From a virus: DNA of 48,305 bases. Every line of letters begins with the position of its first letter. Position 1 is the stretch's first letter. The stretch covers positions 1 to 48,305 of IMG/VR virus record IMGVR_UViG_3300032157_000017. One strand, 5' to 3'. Positions 1-7,359 of this stretch are shown here, one piece after another. Below the pieces are notes generated by a model. It did no database searches, was not told where the DNA came from, and worked only from the letters and a program-made list of their open reading frames with translations. The position numbers and the translations under genes are program-made.

Positions 1-127
1 ATGAGCTGCAGGAACTGGGGGTTGGCCTGCCCGAACTCGAGCGGGACGATGTCCTTCGAGAGATCCACCGAGCCTTGCACGGTGTGGATCTTCCCCGGCG
101 CGAGGCGGATGGTGTCGCCGTCCTGGA
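1..127. repeat. Terminal direct repeat, identical to 48179..48305 (circular closure or assembly overlap)
   Basis: Read directly: bases 1-127 (atgagctgcaggaactggggg...gtcgccgtcctgga) recur exactly at 48179-48305. Confidence 0.95.
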
Positions 128-1595
128 ACTTGAGTCCGCCCTTGGCGAGGAAGTTCTTGAAGTTGCCGAGCGTCGCCTGATCGATGAAGGCCGAGAGCGA
201 GATGTTGGCGGCCTTGTTCTGGCTCGCGTGAATCATCCCCGTGCCGAGGCCGATGATGCCTTGCAGGGGCTCGATGTTCACGCCGTGCGCGAACATCCGG
301 ATGGGGACGCTCTCGGGCGGGCGCGGCTGCGCCTGCGGATTGCCCTGCATCCAGTCCGGCATGATGGGCGCGGGTGGCGGCTGGATGTCGGCGAGCGAGC
401 GCCCCATGATGATGGCCTGCGCGGGGCCGTCGCCCCCGGCGGGCAGCTCGTGCGCGAGTCCGAGCGCGGCCTGCTGCGCTGCCTGAAGCTCCTGCTGAAA
501 CAGCTGCTGTTCCTGCACGCCCGCCTGATAGCGCTGCAGCTCCTGCTGCTGGAACTCGAACCGGCGCTTCTCGTACGGGTCGACGCGCTCGTGGATGGTG
601 AGCGACAGCACGGTCTGCGTCTGGTAGTCGATGATGACCTTGCAGTAGCGGTCCTTGTCCTCGTTCGGCTCCCCATCGGGGCCCGTCGCGGTCGACGGCG
701 GCAGGTTCGCCCATCCCTCGTACTGGATGATGCGGTACTGACCCTTCTGGTAGGCGGAGGAGTCGACGCCGATGCTCTTGTCGACCTGCTGGCGCAGCTC
801 CTGCGTAATGGTCGCGTCGTCCCAGTCGGGAGGGAGGTTCTTGAGCGCGGTGTCGAGATCTTCCCACGTGCCCCCCATCTTCCGGAGCTCGTGCCCGTCC
901 ATGTAGATGACCTTTGCCACCCAGGAGACGTCGGAGAAGTCCGGCATGGTCGAGACGTGCGCGTTCGCACACACGAACTCGTTCGCCGACAGAACCTCAT
1001 GCCGGTTGCACCGGTGCTGCGGATCCCAGTAGCTGTGACAGACGACGTCGCCGAACAAGTCGAACATCAGGAGACCCCGGTGCCCGATCTGCCGCTTGAA
1101 GTCCTTGATGCGTTTTCGGATCTGCCAGTTGCCGTGTAGCGAGAGCAGCTTCGCTGTCTTCTCGTCATCGGGCCCGATGGGCGTGACGCCGAAGACGTTC
1201 GTCCAGTTGCCGAAGAGCTCGTACGCCTGACGCGTCGTCATCCGGATGGTGTTCTCCATGAGGATCGGCACGTGGGCGTTCGCCATCTTCTGCATCGGAG
1301 GGTCCTTCGGGTCGAGCAGACCCGAGAAGAGCTTCCAGACGTCGGCGTTGTTCTTGCGGAACTTCTCGGTCGCGGTCCAGGCGTTCTCGAAGTCCGTGAG
1401 ACACTTGTGCCCGATGCGCTTGAGCGCGGCGCGTCCCTCCGGGTGCGCCTTGAACTCGGTGACGAGGTTCATCGCGTCGGGGTCGTACTCGAAGGGCTCC
1501 TCGGCGCGCGTCTCCTGCCCGAGCTCCTGCAGGTTCACCTGCTCCGAAGGGCCCGCTGCGTCGAGCCCCTCGCGCGTCTCTTCTTCACGCGGCAT
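1..1595 (-). CDS. Portal protein, N-terminal part. The ORF runs off the left edge and continues at 48305..47512 (about 753 aa in total)
   Basis: ATG at 1595 with GGAG 7 nt upstream and an in-frame stop at 1605-1607. I checked every triplet of this minus frame down to base 1 and found no stop. The frame is continuous with track ORF 47512..48258 through the 127-bp overlap. It lies directly downstream of terL and is the right size for a portal. It is absent from the track because it has no stop before the window edge. Confidence 0.8.
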   Translation of the reverse strand, partial: MPREEETREGLDAAGPSEQVNLQELGQETRAEEPFEYDPDAMNLVTEFKAHPEGRAALKRIGHKCLTDFENAWTATEKFRKNNADVWKLFSGLLDPKDPPMQKMANAHVPILMENTIRMTTRQAYELFGNWTNVFGVTPIGPDDEKTAKLLSLHGNWQIRKRIKDFKRQIGHRGLLMFDLFGDVVCHSYWDPQHRCNRHEVLSANEFVCANAHVSTMPDFSDVSWVAKVIYMDGHELRKMGGTWEDLDTALKNLPPDWDDATITQELRQQVDKSIGVDSSAYQKGQYRIIQYEGWANLPPSTATGPDGEPNEDKDRYCKVIIDYQTQTVLSLTIHERVDPYEKRRFEFQQQELQRYQAGVQEQQLFQQELQAAQQAALGLAHELPAGGDGPAQAIIMGRSLADIQPPPAPIMPDWMQGNPQAQPRPPESVPIRMFAHGVNIEPLQGIIGLGTGMIHASQNKAANISLSAFIDQATLGNFKNFLAKGGLKFQDGDTIRLAPGKIHTVQGSVDLSKDIVPLEFGQANPQFLQL

Positions 1596-1818
1596 CGTCG
1601 GGCTCCGTCACCCAAGAACCTTCGAGGTGCTTGCGGTATGTCGATGGGTCGACCCTCAGCAACTCGACCGCCTCGGCGAGGCGAGGGGCTGGCGACAGCG
1701 GCGGTGTCTCGCCCGTCTCGGGGTCGACGAGACTGTGCATGGCGGCTTCGTGTGCCTCGTAGCGAGCCGCCTCTTCCTCGGTGAGGGGACCCTCGGACGG
1801 TGTGACAGATTCTGTCAT
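1585..1818 (-). CDS. Hypothetical small acidic protein (77 aa) between terminase and portal
   Basis: Track ORF with protein-like composition (MTESVTPSEGPLTEEEAARYEAHEAAMH...). It overlaps the portal start by 11 nt. Confidence 0.65.
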   Translation of the reverse strand: MTESVTPSEGPLTEEEAARYEAHEAAMHSLVDPETGETPPLSPAPRLAEAVELLRVDPSTYRKHLEGSWVTEPDDAA

Positions 1819-1822
1819 AGCG

Positions 1823-3334
1823 CTAGCTCCCGTATCCGAATCCGCCCTCTTTGGGCAGAGGCTCGTCGCTGTTGTCGTTGTCGGGGCGGTCGAACTCGTG
1901 CAGTTCCATGACGATGCTGCCTCGGCCTCGGCTCGCGCGGGCCGCGCCGTAGGCGACGACGTCGAACCAATGCTTGAGCGGACTCGTCTTGTCGGGGATG
2001 AGCGAGTCCTTCTCGTCCACCTTGATCGACGAGAACATCTCCGCGGTCTTCTTGCAGTTCTCGAAGATCATGAGCGCCGGCGGGCGCTTGTCGTCGTAGT
2101 CGCGCAGCCGCTCGGCGACGCGCTCGGCGTTGCGCTGGATCGAGGCCTTGTCGGCGGGCTCCCAGAACACGCCGTGATCGGCAAAAACAGCCGCCTTGCT
2201 CTTGCCCGAGTCGCCGCGCTCCTCCCAGAGCTGTGTGTCGGCGACCGAGCTCATGAGGCGGCTCCGCCCCTCGCGCTTGTCCCAGAACCCGAAGCTCTGC
2301 TCGATCTCGACGATGCGCTTGGCGACTTCGGCGTCCTTCATCAGCCGGAAGTTGAACTCGTAGAACACATACATGTTCTCGTCGGGGTCGAGCGCGACCC
2401 AGATGCACGTCCCGTGCGTCTTGAAGCCCCAGTCCATGATCCGGAACTTGGGCCAGTCGCGCGGGATCTTGAACGGCGCGATGACGTGCACGCCCGGGTT
2501 GTAGTCGTCCTCGAAGTAGCCGCCCTCGACGCTATCCCAGTCGCCATAGAGGTAGCGCGCCCGCATGTGCGCGGGCTTCGAGAGCAGCTTGAACTTGTAG
2601 TCGCGGACGAAGCCCTTGTCGGGGTTATCGTCGAGCGTCGCGGGCAGGAAGAGCATCGTCTTCCATTCGAACTCACCCGTGAGCGGGTCGAGCACCTTCT
2701 TCTTCAGGATCGTGTTGCCCTTGCGCTCGGGGACGACGAAGGTCTCCTTTAGCCAGCCCGGCGCGGGGTTACTCATCAGCCGCGTGCGCTTCAGATGCTT
2801 GAGCACGGGGTCGGCGGTGCGCACGCGACCGTCGAGCTCTTCGTACTGCTTCTCTTCGAACTGGTAGGCCTCATCGAGGTCGAGGGCGGTGTACTGCTTC
2901 GAGAGGTAGTCCTCGTGGCTGTTGCTCTCGCGGCAGTGCCCGAACGTGTACTTGTAGCCGCTCGCGAACTCCCAGCGGTGAAGCTCCTTCGAGTAGTTCG
3001 CGTCCGGGTCGAACTTCTTGAACATCCGCATCGAGCGGTCGATGGTCTCCTGCAGCTGCGGCATGGTGCGGCGCATGTGCAAGCAGTGCCCCTCGCTCTC
3101 GCCCTGACGGATGGGGTGTTTGCGGCAGAGATCGGCGAGCCACTCGGGGAACTGGTCGAGAAACTGCCCCGTCATGCGCGCGTGCTCGACGACGGCCTGC
3201 GTGACGATGCTGTCCCAGAGCAGGGTCAGGCTCTTGCCGGGGCCTGCTGCTCCTCCGCCGAGCACCACGTCACACGTGGTTTCATGATACTTCGCGCTCC
3301 ACGGACTCGGCTGGTAGAGGGAGCGGTCGAGCAC
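1823..3334 (-). CDS. terL: Terminase large subunit
   Basis: 503 aa. Walker A GGGAAGPGKS, Walker B-like ALDLDEA, downstream SNP coupling-like motif, and C-terminal nuclease-type acidic motifs (RIMDWGF, HWFDVVAYG). Confidence 0.9.
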   Translation of the reverse strand: MLDRSLYQPSPWSAKYHETTCDVVLGGGAAGPGKSLTLLWDSIVTQAVVEHARMTGQFLDQFPEWLADLCRKHPIRQGESEGHCLHMRRTMPQLQETIDRSMRMFKKFDPDANYSKELHRWEFASGYKYTFGHCRESNSHEDYLSKQYTALDLDEAYQFEEKQYEELDGRVRTADPVLKHLKRTRLMSNPAPGWLKETFVVPERKGNTILKKKVLDPLTGEFEWKTMLFLPATLDDNPDKGFVRDYKFKLLSKPAHMRARYLYGDWDSVEGGYFEDDYNPGVHVIAPFKIPRDWPKFRIMDWGFKTHGTCIWVALDPDENMYVFYEFNFRLMKDAEVAKRIVEIEQSFGFWDKREGRSRLMSSVADTQLWEERGDSGKSKAAVFADHGVFWEPADKASIQRNAERVAERLRDYDDKRPPALMIFENCKKTAEMFSSIKVDEKDSLIPDKTSPLKHWFDVVAYGAARASRGRGSIVMELHEFDRPDNDNSDEPLPKEGGFGYGS

Positions 3335-3335
3335 G

Positions 3336-3686
3336 TCACCCTCGTTTCTGCAGATACTCGGTGACCGCGCGGATGAGCGAGGGATCGTGGGGCACGAGGG
3401 AGGCGCTCATCTCCCACCAGCGGAAGGCGGAGTGCGAGTCGAGGGCGCGCAGCTGCTGGTCGGCGGCGAGCGCGACGAGCGCGATCTCTTCCTCGCGGAG
3501 CTTGCGCGGCGGCGCCTGTTCGGGCTCCCACACCTCGCGTTTGCCGGCGAGGCGCCTCTCGCCGCGATCGGTGTAGACGATGCGCAGCTCTTCGTACTGC
3601 TCGAACCCCGGCATCGCGACGAGCTCGACGACGCCCCGCATGCCGTCGTCCGCGCGCACCATGCGCGCTCCGGCGACGAGGCTCAC
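3336..3686 (-). CDS. Hypothetical protein (116 aa) immediately upstream of terL; small-terminase candidate by position only
   Basis: Track ORF with natural composition. Its start overlaps the stop of the upstream gene, and it ends 2 nt before terL. Confidence 0.6.
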   Translation of the reverse strand: MSLVAGARMVRADDGMRGVVELVAMPGFEQYEELRIVYTDRGERRLAGKREVWEPEQAPPRKLREEEIALVALAADQQLRALDSHSAFRWWEMSASLVPHDPSLIRAVTEYLQKRG

Positions 3687-3949
3687 GGGGCCCCCTGCAG
3701 CGAGACGGCGGCGACGACCTGGGCGGCGAGCTCGGGCGTGTCCATCACGCCGATGAGCTGGTCGTTCGCGTCGTAGAGGGTGCGCCCGACGCGCCTGCCA
3801 ACGCGCCAGGGGTGCCCTCCCTTGATCTGGGGCTTCAGCGCGCGCCCGAGCGCGGTGCGGGCCTGCTGGAGCTGCGTCTGGAGCTGCTCGACTTGCTCGA
3901 GCAGCCTATCGACGTCGCGCTCGGCCTCGGTGAGGAGGGCGTTCGTCAC
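3683..3949 (-). CDS. Hypothetical coiled-coil protein (88 aa)
   Basis: Real-looking C-terminal part of the over-extended track ORF 3683..4489 (VTNALLTEAERDVDRLLEQVEQLQTQLQQ...). GTG at 3949 forms a GTGA overlap with the stop at 3946-3948 (read in sequence). Confidence 0.65.
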   Translation of the reverse strand: MTNALLTEAERDVDRLLEQVEQLQTQLQQARTALGRALKPQIKGGHPWRVGRRVGRTLYDANDQLIGVMDTPELAAQVVAAVSLQGAP

Positions 3950-4389
3950 TCGACCTCCTTCGAGGGGTACTCGGGGGCGCCCGGCATGCCGGCGGCGGTG
4001 GGCGCGGGCAGCACGAGCTTCGCGTTCACTTCGCGGGGGCCCTGGTGGGGCTGCTGGCGGCGAGCGCGCGCGATGCCGGTGTAGATCTGACCGGCGACGG
4101 CGATGAAGTTGGGCGCCAGGGAGCGGGGCGCCCAGCCAGCTTTCGCGACCTCGAGCCGCCGGCGAGCTGCCGCCTCGCCGAGGCGCTCGACCCATTCGGC
4201 GGGGGGTTCTTCCTGACCCGGGGAGACGTGGCACGCGTCGAGGGTCGCTTCGAGGATGCCCGCGGCGGTCTGGAAGACCTCGTCCTCGATTTCGAGCATG
4301 CGGGCGAGGCGAGCGGCCTTGGCGTCCTCGCCGTGAACCTCGCGGAGCAATGGCGTCGGGTAGAACGTCATGCGGAGGCAATATGGCAC
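3946..4389 (-). CDS. Hypothetical protein (147 aa, or 141 aa from ATG 4371); first gene of the late operon and a small-terminase candidate by position only
   Basis: Track ORF. I translated it codon by codon and third positions are almost all G/C. The track start at 4389 is a GTG. Confidence 0.7.
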   Translation of the reverse strand: MPYCLRMTFYPTPLLREVHGEDAKAARLARMLEIEDEVFQTAAGILEATLDACHVSPGQEEPPAEWVERLGEAAARRRLEVAKAGWAPRSLAPNFIAVAGQIYTGIARARRQQPHQGPREVNAKLVLPAPTAAGMPGAPEYPSKEVE

Positions 4390-4697
4390 GCCATCCGGCC
4401 AGTGACGAACGTTCAGTATTGGGTCCGATCGCCAAGCATCGGAGAGGAGAGCGTTTTTTTCTCGCAGAGGTCGCGCTGTTCCTGCGCACGAGCCGCCCGA
4501 AGCTGGCGCTGTTCCTGCGCGATCAGGGGATGTTGCAGCGGCTGCGCCTGACGGGGGGCTGGGGGTCGCGGCTGTTCACGACGGCGCGGGGGTTCGCGCT
4601 CGCGTGCGCGCACTTCCGGGCGATCCAGGGTGAGCGCGAGCAGCTCGGGGTCAAGCGGGCGCTCCGCGCGCGCAGGGCGCGGCGGGCGAAGCGGTGA
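4350..4697 (+). CDS. Hypothetical basic protein, possibly HTH/excisionase-like; start uncertain (ATG 4350, 4383 or 4527)
   Basis: From about 4460 to 4697 this frame has nearly uniform G/C third positions. Codons 4350-4460 are GC3-poor, so the true start is probably later. The opposite-strand frame sharing that third position is not open across this span. It contains the duplicated ALFLR-coding 15-mer. Confidence 0.4.
   Translation: MASGRTSCGGNMARHPASDERSVLGPIAKHRRGERFFLAEVALFLRTSRPKLALFLRDQGMLQRLRLTGGWGSRLFTTARGFALACAHFRAIQGEREQLGVKRALRARRARRAKR
4473..4520. repeat. 15-bp direct repeat GCGCTGTTCCTGCGC x2 (4473-4487, 4506-4520)
   Basis: Read directly. Each copy has GCGC...GCGC palindromic ends, and the copies are 33 bp apart. 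Confidence 0.85.
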
Positions 4698-4746
4698 GCG
4701 CGCGTTCAGCTTGCGGCCGATCGGGGCGGGCGTGTAGGGAGGCCTG

Positions 4747-5016
4747 ATGGGGAAGCATCAGCTCAGCGGGACACCGTCCCGATACGACGCGATCTGCACG
4801 CAGCTCTGCCGGGACCTGAAGGCGAAAGCCTGCATTCTGATCGTCGCCGAGGGGCGGGAGGGCAACGGCTTTGCCGTCGCGGGGCGCGAGGACTACGCGA
4901 CGATCGGGCATCCGAAGGTGCTGGCGGCATACCTCCGACACATCGCCGATCACGTCGAAAGGGGCGGCCCCGCGGGCATCGGCGTCGATACGACCGACGA
5001 AGGACCCGCGTCGTGA
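4747..5016 (+). CDS. Hypothetical protein (89 aa)
   Basis: Track ORF with GGGAGG 4 nt upstream of the ATG and natural composition (MGKHQLSGTPSRYDAICTQLCRDLKAKACILIVAEG...). Confidence 0.7.
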   Translation: MGKHQLSGTPSRYDAICTQLCRDLKAKACILIVAEGREGNGFAVAGREDYATIGHPKVLAAYLRHIADHVERGGPAGIGVDTTDEGPAS

Positions 5017-5077
5017 ACGAGCGGCGAACGGTGCGCGAGGTGCTGATCGTGGACCTCGTGGACTGGAAGTCGTGAAT

Positions 5078-5275
5078 ATGACCCCGACGGTGCACGTTCT
5101 CGCCTACGGGAGGGCGCTGTGCGGCTCGGTGCACGGGGTTCCGAGCGGATGGGGTCGGAACATGCGCTGGGTGAGCGCCTTCGGCAAGGAGTGGCGCACG
5201 GATGCGACGTGCTGCGCGTGCATCGAGATGGCGTTGCTGTTCGAAGAGCAGGAGCGGCGGCGTGGCGGGCACTGA
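5078..5275 (+). CDS. Hypothetical Cys-containing protein (65 aa)
   Basis: Internal ATG of track ORF 4871..5275 (MTPTVHVLAYGRALCGSVHG...). The upstream part of the track ORF is R/G/S-rich off-frame-type sequence. Confidence 0.6.
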   Translation: MTPTVHVLAYGRALCGSVHGVPSGWGRNMRWVSAFGKEWRTDATCCACIEMALLFEEQERRRGGH

Positions 5276-5462
5276 AGAGCCCCGCTGCTCCGTCTGTGGG
5301 TCGCGCGAGGTGACCTACGGCTACGGTTTTGCGGGCGGCGGAGGCATCGGGGCCTACATGATCTGCCTCGGGTGCGACCGGGTCATCGCGAAGCACGTCG
5401 AGGTGCCCGGCGAGAGCCTGATTCTGTCCCCTCCGGGGGTCGACGACGGGGAGACGGAGTGA
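5262..5462 (+). CDS. Hypothetical zinc-ribbon-like protein (66 aa)
   Basis: GTG at 5262 with AGGAG 7 nt upstream. CSVCGS ... CLGC pairs. Confidence 0.55.
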   Translation: MAGTEEPRCSVCGSREVTYGYGFAGGGGIGAYMICLGCDRVIAKHVEVPGESLILSPPGVDDGETE

Positions 5463-5632
5463 GTCTAGTCACGACGAAGCGGGGAGCGCAGTGCGCGCTC
5501 GCGACGCTGGTGAGCTTCCATGGCGGGATTCTGGCGGTGTTCGTCGGCGCGCCGGGACGCATCAGCATGGGGCTGTTCGCGCTGTTCCTGTTTTGGCTGA
5601 TGGCGTGGATCGTAGTGGAGAGCCAGCAGTGA
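5459..5632 (+). CDS. Small membrane protein (57 aa, two hydrophobic helices)
   Basis: GTG 5459 in a GTGA overlap with stop 5460-5462 (read). Hydrophobic segments ...ALATLVSFHGGILAVFVGAPGRISMGLFALFLFWLMAWIVV. Confidence 0.6.
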   Translation: MSLVTTKRGAQCALATLVSFHGGILAVFVGAPGRISMGLFALFLFWLMAWIVVESQQ

Positions 5633-5943
5633 AATACGAGCCGAAAGAGGGGACGGGATGGCAGGAGGGGACGACCCTGTATGCGGGGATCCGGCGCTGG
5701 CAGCTCCAGATCGACGGGGACACGTGGCTGCGGGTGACGGTGACGGAGAAGGCGGGGTTCGTGGTGAGCCGGGGGATGGGGGACGCGCACACGGTGCCGC
5801 ATCCCGAGGATCTCGGGCGCATCGAGCGCGACTTTGGGGTGCACGGGTGGCGCATCGAGGGGGTGATGCCGGTATTCGTGCCCTCGGTGGGGCAGGCCCT
5901 GCTCGCGCGGGCGGTCCAGCCCGGCGAGGAGAGGCTGGAGTGA
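5629..5943 (+). CDS. Hypothetical protein (104 aa)
   Basis: GTG 5629 in a GTGA overlap (read). Natural composition (KYEPKEGTGWQEGTTLYAGIRRWQLQIDGDTW...). Confidence 0.65.
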   Translation: MKYEPKEGTGWQEGTTLYAGIRRWQLQIDGDTWLRVTVTEKAGFVVSRGMGDAHTVPHPEDLGRIERDFGVHGWRIEGVMPVFVPSVGQALLARAVQPGEERLE

Positions 5944-6137
5944 ACAACCTGCCGCTCGAGATCGAGCGCCTGCAGCTGATTTGGGTGCTCTGCCGGCGCG
6001 CGGTGCGGGTGCATCTGCGGGAGTCGCTCCGGGAGACGCACAAGGACCCGTTCGTACCGCGGGCGCTGTGGGATGCAGCGGCCCGGGCGTACGTGCTGAT
6101 GTTCCCGGAGCCGGACGAGACGGATAGGCACCCCTGA
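5940..6137 (+). CDS. Hypothetical protein (65 aa)
   Basis: GTG 5940 in a GTGA overlap (read). NNLPLEIERLQLIWVLCRRAVRVHLRESLRETHKDPF... Confidence 0.6.
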   Translation: MNNLPLEIERLQLIWVLCRRAVRVHLRESLRETHKDPFVPRALWDAAARAYVLMFPEPDETDRHP

Positions 6138-6449
6138 ATGCCCGACACTGAACACTTGACATCCCACGGGCCGGCACAGAAGATGAGTCCCGGCGGACGA
6201 GAGCCGCTCGGAGGGAGCCAGGACGAGACGGAATCGCCGAAACCGCGGCGGTGTCCGGGTTTTCTCGTCCCGTTGGGGGCGATCTTGAAGGCTGCGGACT
6301 GGCTGTCGGCAGGGGTCGGTGTCTTCAGCCTCGGGCTGCTGCTCTGGATCCGGCACTGGTGGGCTGCGGGAGCCGTCGCGCTGGTGCTCGGGATGCAGCT
6401 GAGCGTGTTCTGGCGGCGTTTGCCCAGGCCTCCTGGGTCCGATTCGTAA
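6138..6449 (+). CDS. Putative membrane protein (103 aa; alternative start ATG 6183)
   Basis: Track ORF with two or three hydrophobic helices (FLVPLGAILKAADWLSAGVGVFSLGLLLWIRHWWAAGAVALVLGMQLSVFW). GC3 is moderate to high in the hydrophobic part. Confidence 0.5.
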   Translation: MPDTEHLTSHGPAQKMSPGGREPLGGSQDETESPKPRRCPGFLVPLGAILKAADWLSAGVGVFSLGLLLWIRHWWAAGAVALVLGMQLSVFWRRLPRPPGSDS

Positions 6450-6522
6450 ATTTAAGCTCGATGGGGTGGAGGGGTTCGCCCCGGCGTTGCCGGGGGGTGG
6501 GGCCCAGGGGGTACCCGGCACC

Positions 6523-6666
6523 TGTTCAGTGCCGCCCGTTCAGCGCCAAAGCGGAGCACTGAACACGCGTAGCTGCGCAGAAACCACTGAACAGCTGAGG
6601 AGTTGCACCAAGTGTTCAGTGGCAGGTGACACTGAACACACGAGGAGCTGCACAGGGCGTTCAGTG
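6523..6666. promoter_or_regulatory. Array of seven 9-mer sites (CACTGAACA / TGTTCAGTG) in the largest non-coding gap; protein-binding array of unknown role (operators, iterons or arm sites)
   Basis: Copies read at 6523-6531, 6537-6545 (variant), 6557-6565, 6585-6593, 6613-6621, 6630-6638 and 6658-6666 (variant). Positions 6613-6638 are a perfect 9-bp inverted repeat with an 8-bp spacer. Confidence 0.8.
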
Positions 6667-6901
6667 TCAGGGGCGCAGTGGTGGTGTGCCATCGGGGGAA
6701 TCGGCGGGGGTCAAGCAGAAAAGCACTGCCCCACTTCGGCGAGCAGAATGCACCCCCACCCCCGATACTGGGTGCGCTGCACCCATTGGCGTGGCAGGAT
6801 GAATGGGTCGGGAGCTCGGGACGCGGTAATTCCAGCCCGTCCCCACTCCCGATAGGCCCGGCTTCAGCCCAGCCTAACAGCCAACCGAAAGAGCCCGAAC
6901 C

Positions 6902-7255
6902 ATGCCCACCTACCTCGCCACGACCCGTCATCCCATCTCGAGCACCCTGCAACCGGGCGACGTCCGAGAGGTCATCCTGCCCGAGTTCCAGGATGCCAAG
7001 TCGCTCGGCGCGGCGCTGCGTGCCGCACGCCTGCTCCCGAGCGGCGTGCGCGTGAAGGAGTGGCGCCGTGAGGGCGGGCAGATCCACGTGTTCCCAACAC
7101 GCTGCGTTGGCATCCACTGCGTCTCTCTCGAGCCGCTGGCACCCATCGAGGTGAGCCCCGACGGTCGGACGCTTACCATCCTGTCGAGCGAGCCGGGTCA
7201 GACGATCGATGCGGGAGACGTCGTTATCGAGACGACCTTGCACCGGCTCGGCTGA
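6902..7255 (+). CDS. Hypothetical protein (117 aa)
   Basis: Track ORF. Translated by hand, it has good G/C third positions. It is preceded by the conserved leader GAAAGAGCCCGAACC-ATG. Confidence 0.7.
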   Translation: MPTYLATTRHPISSTLQPGDVREVILPEFQDAKSLGAALRAARLLPSGVRVKEWRREGGQIHVFPTRCVGIHCVSLEPLAPIEVSPDGRTLTILSSEPGQTIDAGDVVIETTLHRLG

Positions 7256-7359
7256 TAGCGACCGGCACAGAGGCGCTCGCTCACGCAAGCGCCTCGATGC
7301 TGGCCACTCTCGGCCAGGCATACCGGGCAATTCAGCCCGCCACAGAAGAGAGACCGAAC

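Noticed and set aside
1-127. Terminal repeat as an IS/LTR-type mobile-element boundary
   Set aside because: The repeat lies inside the portal coding frame and joins it seamlessly. It reflects genome closure and is not a mobile element.
75-1139. 354-aa plus-strand ORF at the left end (and 278..1000 on the minus strand)
   Set aside because: Both overlap the portal reading frame, which I verified as open from 1595 to 1. Their composition is R/A/L/V- or R/S/T-rich with no protein-like features.
4454-4460. T7 run as an intrinsic terminator
   Set aside because: No adjacent GC-rich stem could be drawn; the nearest one, CCGAT-N8-ATCGG, is 10 nt away and weak. It lies upstream of genes in both directions rather than at an operon end.
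5013-5075. 20-codon GTG ORF (VNERRTVREVLIVDLVDWKS) bridging genes 4747..5016 and 5078..5275
   Set aside because: It fits the GTGA coupling pattern and would keep the chain unbroken. At 20 aa, however, there is no way to support it from sequence alone, so it is noted but not called.
6523-6666. Could the 9-mer array be a CRISPR array?
   Set aside because: The repeats are only 9 bp long, occur in both orientations and have irregular 5-20-bp spacings. There are no cas genes.
6466-6855. 129-aa ORF covering the CACTGAACA array (also 6452..7366 on the minus strand)
   Set aside because: Codon third positions are not G/C-biased. The peptide is Cys/Ser/Arg/Thr-rich, with repeats that simply mirror the DNA repeats. 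No SD is present. It is treated as non-coding pending expression data.
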